Shown here: positions 14,782 to 27,100 of the stretch, piece by piece
Layout of the letters: every line of letters starts with the position of its first letter
Position numbering within the stretch: position 1 is the stretch's first letter
Assembly (NCBI RefSeq): GCF_902459465.1
Contig: NC_047076.1
Location: 9,672,001 to 9,736,000 of the forward strand
DNA length: 64,000 nt
From: Asterias rubens
Taxonomy: Eukaryota
Direction: 5' to 3'
Translations under genes and position numbers: made by a program
The notes under the pieces: model-generated
The model's database searches: none
Told to the model about the DNA's origin: nothing
What the model saw: only the letters and a program-made list of their open reading frames with translations

Positions 14782-15083
14782 ACGATATCATACATTCTTC
14801 ATTAATCTTTCAATTATAACAAATTGCAGACTTTAAAAAACGTTTGTATTCAAGCAATTACATTATAATGCATGTTTTGCACCAGTAAGTATCAATAATA
14901 ATTGAAAAAGAGTTGCAAAAGTTTAAACAACCAGTGATTGTCATGATTTGCAACTTACAAGAATACACACAACTTGACACATACTAAGTGGTAACAGTCT
15001 CAGATTAATTCAACAATTTAAACCCTCCTTCAATATTGATTTTAAAAAAAATTTACAAATTAATGTAACATTTTCTTTCACAG

Positions 15084-15184
15084 AAGCTGAAGAAATGACC
15101 TTTGTTCGATTCATGAAGAATCACAAATGTTATGAAATTATTCCCACTAGTGCCAAACTGGTGGTCTTTGATGTTCAACTTCGG
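15084..15184 (+). CDS. PRKAG: AMPK gamma exon A ([34 protein letters not shown])
   Basis: ttttctttcacag acceptor, GTGAGT donor, 101 bp, phase 1-0; in-frame ATG at 15095. Confidence 0.95.
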
Positions 15185-18100
15185 GTGAGTATTTAATTGT
15201 TTATGAATTGTTTTTTTTACTGTACATGTAAATAATTATGAAATGTATTGAAAAGAATATTACAGGCAAATTGACTACATGTATGCTGTAGTGAAAAAGT
15301 GCTACTGATCTAACGTAACAAAATGGATGTTTTCCTACACACACAATGTATAGGGTTATTTTCATCTCAAAAAAATCGATAATGAAATCTAGTTGTGTGT
15401 GTGTATAATGTGTGGATAACGTGTGCACATTGTACGTATGCGGTCTGTGTAGTAAAGGTCTGTGCAGTAAATAATGACGGCGTATTCGAATCTGCCAGCT
15501 AGTGTTGAATCAAAACGCCAGCGAGTACATTTTTCATCAAGAAACTAATGCTTGACACATTCTTTGCTGAGCAAGAATTTAGTGGGCACCAGTCACAACA
15601 ATTTAAACTTTATGATGTAAAAATTCGGCTGGTTACCTGTTTATGTAATACTTTTCTGTGCTTAGCAGGCGACATGATAGACGTGCTAACATGCTTTAAT
15701 TATGGCAGGGCCCAATTTCATAATGTTGTTAAACAGAAAAATATTGCTTAGCAAATGCCTATACTAAGCTTAGTAGGCAACCGGTTGCAAAAATACAATC
15801 TTTACGGAACTTTGGCTGATTACAAGTTTCTTTTAAGCCAGATTTGTCTGTGCATGCTTGGCGGTCAGTTTTTTTATACTTACAGGCCTGATAAGTTCAT
15901 TTCATAGCAGATTCAAGTTCAGCTTTATGAAAATCAGAATTTCGGACTTCCCCCCAGTTTTTCAGGAAGGGTTGTCCATTTTAACGCGGATTACACAACA
16001 AGCAAAACATAGACGTAAGCACCGTACACCGTAAGCGCAGTTTTTTGCCTACGGTAACAGAGACATGAAACTATGAAACTGGACCGGGTCATGTATCATC
16101 AGCATGCACTGTGTGTCGTTGCGTTTATTCATATTTCCCATGAATGGACAGAATACAGTGTACATTACACATCCAAAGTTGCTATAATTGTACAGCTGAT
16201 ACAATTAATATTAGGCTGTGCTTAAAAAAATAATAATAATAGAATGGTTTTATAGTGTCGGACCTTCCATAAAATATTATGTAATCCGACTGGAGACACG
16301 TGCATCGGTAATGGAAAGATCCTCGCGCTTCCTAGCAACAGTGTTGCTATGAAGCGTTGCCGCTAACATTGTGATAATGTGATGCCTGTGATTGTACCGC
16401 TAACATTGTGATAATGTGATGCCTGTGGTTGTACCGCTAACATTGTGATAATGCGATGCCTGTGGTTGTACCGCTAACATTGTGATAATGTGATGCCTGT
16501 GGTTGTATTACTACATTGTATTTGATCAACTATTCTAACTTGATTTTTTACAAGAATGGTGCAGACTTCAAAAAATGTGACGAAATTTGTTTCGTCTTAG
16601 CAGCTTTAAACTTAACTTTCTAACTGAAACAAAACTATAAAACTTATTTCAGTTTTTGAGAATTACCCCAAATTATCCATGCCTAAAAGTAAAAGCTGAC
16701 TTTGTGGTGTATTTTTTTGTTTGTTCCTCCGAGCTTTTGTATCCTTAACTAGGAGAATTGACAGCTTCACGTGATGTTTGTTTGGTCCGAGTTTCTGTGC
16801 TAAGCAAAGTCATGAGAAAAATTTGTATTCATTTGCCGCCAAACAGTGGATATTCCTCATGAAACTACATTGGTTGTGTATATAGTATATAGGCCTAATT
16901 GATAAACTAACCTTAAATGATACTCTATCTAAAGAATATTAACTTTATAAGTTAAAATATAGTCTCCAAGTAGGGCCAGTGAAAAATAGAAACAATAATT
17001 TACAGTCCACAAATAATAAGAAAAGTTGAGAGATAAATAGTCTGGACGTTTCGAACAACATAATAACCATTTTTCTTTTAAATGCTGCCTGAGATTATTG
17101 TTAATATTTGATAGGGCCTTAAAGGAAACCATTCTCGGTTATTTTGTCTGTTTTCCCAAAAATAAACCCCACAAGTATATTTTAACCTCTTAAAAATGTC
17201 CCCCGCCAATAAAAGTTCCCGCTAAATTTCCCTACCGTGATTGACACTTGTGATGTTAACCGCGTTCAAACGGGGGGGGGGGGGATACGATTACTCTGTG
17301 ATGCCGCTGTGGTTTGAAGTTTCTCTATTTTATAAGCCTTCACGTAAAACAGCAGATTCCTTCAAAATAAATACGTGATTGGTTGATTCTGTGGATCGGG
17401 GCTTCTGTCTTTTTGTGGAAATAATTGCTGCGACAAGGCCCATGGGCTTTGGAATATTCTTACGCCGCTTGGAGTATGGTGCCTATAAAGAAAACGTCCA
17501 TACCGCGGGAATCGTTGACTTTTTTATTTACGTTGCTAGAGGACGAATTTTAAAAAATGCAGGAGAAATGCGTGAATGCGTTGATTGCTAAATTATCTGC
17601 TTATTTAAACTATGTATTTTTCGGAATTAAAATTATTGACATGCTTTTTTATCGAGATGGTATTTATGGAGACTGTTTTAAAGCCATTATACACTTTCGG
17701 TAAACAGTATTGTCCAAGTCCCACACTTCGTGTATCACAACTTATATATAAAAAAACAAACCTGTGAAAATTTAGGCTCAATCGGTCATCGGAGTCGGGA
17801 GAAAAAAAACGGGAAAACCCACTCTTGTTTCGCCGTGTCATGACATGTGTTTAAAATAAATCCGTAGTTCTCGCTAACGAGAATTTATATTGTTTTACCG
17901 TTTTCTCAAAAAGTAAAGCATTTCATGGACTAATATTTCAAGACGAGCCGTTTCTCACAATGTTTTATACTACCAACCTCTCCCCATTACTTGTTACCAA
18001 GTAAGGTTTTATGCTAATAATTATTTTGAGTAATTACCAATAGTGTCCACTGCCTTTAAGAAGAGTTGAGAGATAAATCGTCTGGACGTTTCGAACAACA

Positions 18101-21100
18101 TAAAAACAACAGCAATTTTTCATTTAAATGCTTGCCTGATATTATTGTTAATATTTGATAGGGCCTTTAAGGAAACCATTCTCGGTTACCTTGTCTGTTT
18201 TCCCAAAAATAAACCCCACAAGTATATTTAAACCTCTTAAAAATGTCCCCGCCAATAAAAGTCCCCGATAAATTTCTCTACCGTGAATGACACTTGTGAT
18301 GTTAACCGCGTTCAAACGTGGGGGGGGGGGGGGGGACACGATTCCTCTGTGATGCCGCTGTGGTTTGGAGTTTCTTTATTTTATAAGCCTTCACATAAAA
18401 CAGCAGCTTCCTTCAATATAAATACGTGATTGGTTGATTCTGTGGATCGGGGCTTCTGTCTTTTTGTGGTTATATCGCTTGCGTGTGGAAATAATTGATG
18501 CGACAAGGCCCATGCTTTGGAATACGCCGCTCGGAGTATGGTGCCTAAATAAAGAACACGTCCACACCGCGGGAGTCGTTGACTGTTATTAATACCTTGC
18601 TAGAGAACTTTTTATGATTGAAAGTTCTGTTAAATTATCTGCTTTCTTAAACTATGTATTTTTTGGAATTAAATTATTGACATGCTTTGTTATTACTGTT
18701 TTAAGTAGTTTTAAGTAGTTTAAGTGTTTTGTTACTTTTACTATCTTTGACTTAGGACTGAAACAATTAAATGCGAACAATCACACATTTTTTTAATGTT
18801 TGGAAAATTACTTTTTGAGATAAAAATTAACTTGGGATGACGACTAGTTGAAAGTAGAGCGTCGTCTAATTGTATGACATCCTAAAAGAAGATAATTAAT
18901 CGTCACATATTCTTAAAAGCTGTTCTGTGCATGACATCTTGCTACTTCTGGACTATTTTTATTTCTATGCGGAGACAGTACAAATTAAATATGATTGGTA
19001 AAAACAGTGAACAAGAACATTATTTTCTCAAAATGCATTTTGGAACCTTTCGGATGGTTCAATCTTACATAAAATGTCGAGTAAATATTATTCCTAAAGG
19101 TGAATAATGTCCACGCCGTGAAGAAGTTTAAAACCGACTAGGAAAAAAAACAGTAAGGGCCTCTTTGTTAATAATACGTTGAGTATGACCGCTTGAGTTT
19201 GTATCACTGATTCATAAGTTTTCCACTTTCGTATAAGATACAGACCACAGTTATTTATGTTTTTGCGGGGGGGGGGGGGGGGGGGGTGCACCAGTTTAGA
19301 TCGGTGTACATGTATGTAGAACCCCAAAGTGTGAGCCAAGGGTACTTAGTTTGGCTGCAAACAGTTCGTATTGCCTACACAATTCTGGGGGGGGGGGGTG
19401 GTTAGTGACGGTGAGTAATAACAATCGCCCGCGCCTCGCTCTTCCATCTCATGTGGAATAATTAATTTAGCGCGTGGAATCCATTAATTTAGTGCGAATG
19501 CTTATCATTAAGATCAATTGGGAATTATCGCGTGGGGGGAATAAGGTTCTGTACTATTAATAAAAACAGATACATTACAACATTATCACTGGATCGTAGC
19601 CAAGTCCGACAATTCTCAAACCACAATGTTATGTCATGACCTTTTTTGACGCAATTAAACATTTACTGCTCCCGTAACTATGTGTTTTCTGTTGTTATTG
19701 CGTTCAACTCTACCGAAATTAATTAATTAATCGCTGTTCAGCAGAAACTGATGCTTATAATAATAATAATAAAAATAATAATCATCTCAGATCTTTCATA
19801 CCCAGTATTTTCCGTTTTAATAAGGAATTTGGTATTGTGTGGGTGAACTCCTCAACGCAGAGTCCATGCCAACTTTTATGGCTCTGCTTACCGCTGGCAA
19901 AACTTGCATCACCATTCTCCGCCTTTTGTACAAGCGCCCCATTTCTGTTAACTCTATCAGATTTCGGGAAAGGGTTGTCCACTTTTGGTCCTCGTTTTAT
20001 GTAGGCAAATAATGCCTAGTAAAAACGTGGAGAACGCAAGCACACAAGCATAACACCGTTGCTATAAACCTTAGAGCTATGCTAAAACCAGTCCGTGAAA
20101 ATACGCTATTATAGACGCTATAATAGGCGAAGCACCTCGTAAGCGCAGTTTTTGTTTTGCTTTAATAGCTTAAGGTAAGAAAACTGGGCCGGGTCATGTA
20201 ATATGTGTATCGTCCGTTGCGTTAATTACAAGTTGCGTTTATTTCAAGTCAAATTCCTGATTTAACCTCATTCATATTTCTCACGAACGGCACAGAATAC
20301 GTTACACATCCTTAGTTGCTTACATGTATACAGCTACATGTAATACAATAAATGTTAGGTTTTCTTTAGAAACTGTTGTCGATCGGACTTTTTATAACTT
20401 ATTAAAAAGTGCCTTTTAGGAAACTAATCTCTGTTCCTGGTCTGGTTTCCCAGAAGTAGATCCACATGTATATTTTTACCCCTTAAACATATCTCTGTCT
20501 ATTAATGTCCCCGATGCTAGATTTTCCTGAAGTGATTGACACTTTGAACCGCATTCAAAGTGGGGAGGGGGGGGGTAACGAGTTTCATCATCAAAGAAAC
20601 ACGATTCCTTTGTGATGCCGCTCTAGTTTGGAATAAAGACGTAGTTTGTTGATGCTGTTGATCGGACTTCTGTCATTTTGGGGCCAATACCGCTTTCTCT
20701 ATGAAATAATTGCCGCGGCAAGGTCAATAAGCTTTGGAAAGGTTCTAACGCCGCCTCCCTAAAACATTGGGTTTTTTCCTGAATTTAATTACTTTTCATA
20801 ATTTTTTTATTGACATTTGTTTAATGATTTTTTTTTTAACTTATGGTAACAAGAGTTATATTTAAATTCAAAGTTGAAAACCAACGGTTCTTTTCAGAAC
20901 CACCCCAAAACTCATTAGAGATAGTCATCACATGGTGTTACCGCAAACCTTTCTATATCGTTTTTCCACCATGTACAAGTTTCAAATCCTACTTAAATTC
21001 AAATTATTTTGATGTTAAATAAAAGTTTTGTATTGGTTCGACTACCTTGACTAGATTATATGAGTCCAATGTTATTAAACATGAATTTAATTTGAACAGC

Positions 21101-24100
21101 ATCTGGAAAATGACATTCTACTTCAAGGAGTTTATTATCCGACATAATTGATCTCATGATGTTGTCATCTTACGTATACGTTTTGCAGCATCAGAGCAAG
21201 AAGATAAAACGTATCAAGGAGGCGATATCCTTCTCTCAGGCTGTCGACTTTGTAATCATAAATTATTTCTGTAAGACGACATCCTACTTTTAAAGAACTA
21301 TGTTAAAGCAAGTTTATGTTTCCTTTTTATAGCACATAATTGAAAAAACTCGCAGGGCCAAACCCCCCACTATAAATTTATCCCGACCCAAAAAAATGCA
21401 CGCCCTTCAATAAGATGAGTGACAGCTCCACTGTCAACGGTTCCTTTGAGATGCCGCTGGTAAAACATTTAAGAAGCTTTGCTTAAAAAGTGTGGTCTTT
21501 TGGGGATCCGACTTTCCCATTGATGGGAATTTAATTCACTGGGGACAGTGGCAAAAGAGGACACCTACACTTCCTATGTGATGCCGCTAGCTTTTTATAC
21601 TTGTTTTTGAAACTAGCTCGTCCAGTAAAACCGGCTGTCTCCTTCCAAATAAAGACGTAGTCGTTGCCTATTGGGTTAGTTTTAGGCGGTAGGTTTATAC
21701 AAAAGTGACTGTATAGAACTTTCTTGCATTGGTTCATTTGGAATGGGCTGTCTATAAGCAACAATTCCTTTGTGATGCCGCTAGAGTTTCAAACTTCTTT
21801 TCAGTAAATAGTTCTTCAAATCAAACCGGCTTTTTCCTTCCAAATAAAGCTGTAATAGGCTGTAAACTGTGGTTGCTTTCAGCTGGGAACAACAATGAAT
21901 CACATCTCAAGCATTCACGCAACCATGCAAGGAGAATGGTCCAGCATTTTTCGCGTGGAGATTGTCGCGTGGAGATTGTCGCGAAAGAGTACCGCCTACG
22001 CGCGACTAATTGCCGACGGCTGTTTACGCATTTTGTTGTCTGGCGCGATAAAACCCACGCGTTAGGCGGCGCAACAGTCTGTCGCGCCAAGGCATTTCTA
22101 TCGCGCTAAATTTATCGCACGGCGTCTAGTTATTTTCAATCGGTACTGTACATGTACAATGTATAGTGGATTTGAATTTATGATCTCTGGATTAATCTGC
22201 CGGCACTCTACAAACTGGCCATCTACATTGTAGCCCTTACATTGGTGGTTGGGGATGCCAATCTTGGCATAGACCGTTATGAATGTCCCGTTATAAATGT
22301 CAGCAACATTCCAATAGTTTTATACATGGATAGATTATTTAATATTCTTCCTGGAAATGTTACAAGCGAGACAGGATCGTACCTAGTCAAGTTAGGATAC
22401 AGTGATTTCCATCGGTTTTCCAAAACCCATGTTACGAAAAATCAACCATTAAACAGGATGGTTTTCCTGCACGGTGATTGGCTTACGATGACATCATACA
22501 TTGATGTGGCAGCTTGCTGTTTTTCGCGGGTATGGTGCCCCGACCACCAGGCCAGCGTTAGTCAAAAACAAAAGAGCCAGTCTATTATAAGCTGACCCTC
22601 CATTCAGCTACCATACCCGCAAAAAACAGCAAGCTGCCACATCAATGTATGATGTCATCGTCAGCCAATCACCGTGCAGGAAAACCATCCTGTTTAATGG
22701 TTGATTTTTTCGTAACGTGGGTTTTGGACTACTGGTGGAAATCGCTGAGGTCATGCACGAAAAAGGATGAATAATCTGCAGATAAAAGAAAAAGAGATTT
22801 GGTGACCTGCAGGTAGACTGTTGCATAATTTGTCAGCAAATAATTTTCTCTCAAACACTGAACAAACTAGCAGGATGGGTTGTTTTGATGAGTTTCATTG
22901 CAGTTTTTCGAAACCTTCCTATTGGTCTTGTCTGCCTCAGCCTGATTTGTTAAGTGTCAAGTCACGCAAGAAAAAAGGCAAGTCTACTTCACTCTACTTA
23001 CCGGTAGAGTCGAAATGCTAATTTGCATATTCCCTATGCCCCCATGCAGGCAATATTGCTACCATTCAGGTACATGTAGCTCCAGTTGCATCTTTTTCCA
23101 ATCTTGAGTTGAATCACATTGAGTCCTAGTGCGGAGTCGTTGTCAGTTGAGTCATGGTGCTCCAAGACTGAGTCCACACAAAAGTGGGCTGGAGATCAGT
23201 CTCAGGTCTGAGACCAGTCCTGGAGCACTTTGGTATATCCTATGGTCTTACAGAAAAACAAGTCCACTTTTGCAAATCCCTATGTCATATTTTATCTGCA
23301 GGTCAAGAAAGCTTTCTTTGCATTAGTGTACAACGGAGTAAGAGCTGCTCCTCTTTGGGATAGTGAAAAACAGGATTTTGTGGGTAAGTTAAACTTAAAT
23401 GTACAAAGGAAAGATAAAAATAACATGTATAAATAGACCGGATACCCAAATAAGAGCTATTTTAATCAAGTTGGTAGGTTACTCGGACAATATTTAAAAA
23501 GGTAGCGGGTAATTAAGTCCATCATCAGCAATTTTGTTGTTGCTTGTTACCTGTTTATATAAACTACTGTGTCTTCTTTATGGAAGCTTTTAAAACAATA
23601 TCAGTGCTTTATCAGCCCTATTATAATCACCCACCAGGCGGGCATTGTTGGGTGTCTGTCACACATGACTAGTCATGCTCCACACTCCCCTACTGCCCAA
23701 CATCCCTCAATCCTCGACCATGGTGGGTAGCCAGAGAGGCAAACCCCAGACAGCTACATGTAGCTGGCTCTGGTGTCTGTCCATTTAGCCTTTAGCCATC
23801 TATGGTGCTTGATACCAAGGTACATGTTGCTGCACAGACACTGACCCATGTCTCTGTGAAATGTTCTCGCTCTGATACACTAAGTTGCCGGGGGCATATC
23901 AACCTTCCCTATAGGGTACTCCAAAGTGGAGGATGAAGAAGTTGCTCAGCAGATGCAACAACTTTCCATTTTGTTGCAACTACCGTCTACTACTGACGAA
24001 CCACCACAGTCTGGATCAAAAGTTGTTCAAGCAGAATGACATGTATGTTTCAAGGTTTATCCAAATGATTTTGTTCTTACATGTAGTACGCAATTTTTTT

Positions 24101-27100
24101 CAAGAAACACATTTCTTTTGTATTTAAACAGTTTCTTGAATTACCCCCCCCCCCCCTCCCCCTCAATAGTGACATTATGGAAGAAAGAAACTAACTTGTC
24201 ATGTAATATTATAGAGATTGTGCATTAACTGGTACTTTTAATCAACAGGTATGCTGACAATAACTGACTTCATCTGCATCCTTCAAAATTACTACAAGTC
24301 ACCACTGGTAGGAAAATGCATGTTGTTAATTGGATGAAAAAAATTTGTTTTATAAGAACCAATGTTACATGTACTACAAATAATTGGTATATTTTGAAGA
24401 AACCTTTTAATCATTAGTTACGACACTACGACTCTATATCCATTAATAGAAAAAGAGAGGGGAAAGGGATTGAGGGAAGGATCCAGAAAGCAGCAGGAAA
24501 AATGTAGCCAATCAAAGTTTCTATTTCAGAAACAATTGGTGGCTATGAACCAATAGGAGTAAAGTGGTGCGGACAAAGGATGTTTAGTATGAAAGGATGG
24601 ATTACTGGACTATAAAAGTGGTAAATGCATTGTTCGATAACAATGCAGTGAAACATGAAAGGGTAGGATTAGAGAGCAAGTTGCATCATGATGCAACTAA
24701 CAATGGTCAATTAATAAAGAACAGCAAGATCAGCGGATGGATATCAGTTGGATGATATTAAACAAAGGTGTGAGGGACCTGTGGAAAAAAAGGTTACTAC
24801 TTGAGATAGTTATAGTAACAAATTTATAAAAAACAATTAAAAAATGATTATTTATACTTTATTTGTAGAATATATACACGCATCGAATCATATGGAACAA
24901 AACATGCACGGTGAATAGAACAACAAATGCATGGTGGATGAGTAACGTAGCATGCAATAGTACTTGAAACTGGAAAGTTATTAATATAAGTCGTTGGGTC
25001 TGCATTTTCAAAAGCCTACGAGAAGAGGAATTACAAGTGCTCATATTAGACATTCTAAATTGTCTATTGACTCCAAGGACAGCAGAGACTGTGACCAGAT
25101 TTCTTTTGCCCTTTGGAATGCCCACTCCATACGAAATAAGACGACAATGTGTTCTTCATATATTCTTGAGAATTCAGTCGACTTGATGATAATTACTTCA
25201 CAACTTCACATTTCACCTTTCATCCAAGCTTATCCAATATGCTGATGACATTTTTCTATTCAGAAATGTCTGCTCTGCTGACCCTGACACTGTATTGCAG
25301 AGGGACTTGGACTTTGTATCTAACTGGGCCGACCAAAATTCCCTTCACCTTAAATCCAACTAAGTGCAGAGCAATTCGTTTTACTTGGAAACGATGTCTC
25401 AAGCCTGCCTACCAACACTCCAGAACTTTGTTAGAGTGTGTGGACTCTATCAAACTGCTTGGATGCAATTTTCAGAGCAACCTGTCCTGGGATCGGCAAG
25501 TTGAAGAAACTGTCATTAGATGTAGTCGAATGATTGGCCTAATTCGTCTCGAAACTAGTGACTGCTCGCGAGATGTAGCGCTGTACATGTATTTATAAAC
25601 TTTGGTAGTCCCACTACTGGATTACTGCTCCCCGGCCTGGTGGGTGTACCTCACCAAGCATGTCAATGAGATTTTAATACAAAGGTACCTGGAGCAACCC
25701 TATGAAGATCACCTTCAATCACTTGGACAAATGTACATGTATTTGGACAACAGGAGACAATACACAGCCCTAACATGTATTTTATGTCAAATTTACTTGA
25801 TTATTTTCATGTTAATTGTCATCACTTAGATTCACTTACATTCCACCATGTCCATCCTAGGGTCAATGCATTCAAATTTTGTGGACTTGATTTCGTAAAA
25901 TATTTTCAGAGCTTGATCGTGATCTGCGTAACTGTCTTGTCACTGAGCCTTTTAGTGTTTTCAAATGTAATTTACGTGACCATTTTAGTTCTTAGGGTAA
26001 ATCTGTTATTGCCAATCTTCCACAGCTGCTAAATAGTGGGTTTTTTTGTTCTCATAATGTCGCTCTATTTTTACATTCGTCCCATATTTGTTGTATCTAC
26101 TTTGCTTGGTTTGTTTCTATGGGTGATATTTTGTAATATCTACGAGTGTTCAGTTTTGGTCTTATGTCATTATCTTGCCAGAATGTGTGGGCCAGCTCGG
26201 TGTTTCATGATTTTAATTAATGTAGTGTTTTGTACTTTTATAGGTTATTATCTATATATTTTAAGTTCATGCTTTTATTTTCTGTATTTTTATTAACATG
26301 TATGTTTTTTGTTGGATGGGTCTGGGAGGGCAAGTCGCTTTGATGACAGTTTTATATCTTTAAACTAAAAAATAAATAAAAATAACCGAAACTTGGCTCT
26401 CCCAACATGACGAGGTTGTAATCGGTGAAGTTACCCCGCCTGGTTACAAATTCTTGAGCCTTCCACGCAGTATGAGTTCCTTTGGTGGTGGCTTGGGAGT
26501 TATATTCAAGGAAGAACTTGGTCTGCGATCCTACACTACTGGATACAATTTACAAACATTCGAGCATGCATTCTTCACAGCGCGTGCAAAAGTGTGTACT
26601 ACTTTGCAATCTACAGACCACCACCCTCACCAAGAAATGGCTTTACACCTGCAGAATTTCTCTCGGAGTTTGACTCATTTGTGAACTCTTTGAACAGTAA
26701 GTTAATCATAGCAGGGGATTATAATCTGCATGTGGATGACAGTTCACGTTTTCTGAGTGCTAGTTTGACCCAGCATGTCATTGGCCCAGCCCATGATCTT
26801 GGACATACCTTTGACCTTGTAATACACATGTATCTAGGGAAAGTGATCATCTTATTACTGACTGCCACATAGGTTCACTGCTGTCTGACGATTTTGTTGT
26901 AAGCTGCACAGCTCAAAGCCAAAGCCACAACCTGTGAAAACAAAAGTTACCACACGCAAGCTATTAAATTGAGTTGACTGTGAATCCTTCAAATGTGATT
27001 TGCTGCAACAGTACGTTTTCATTCCCGCAGCTTTTCAAATATGAAAATTCCATCAGAGAAACTCTTGATTGTCTTGCTCCTTTTAAGACATCTGTACACT

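Noticed and set aside
11943-14836. 958-aa and overlapping Pro/Thr/His-rich ORFs as a mucin-like protein
   Set aside because: They are a by-product of a 20-bp unit with no stops on the C/A-rich strand. Several frames are open with the same peptide, and the array lies upstream of exon A's acceptor, in presumed intron.
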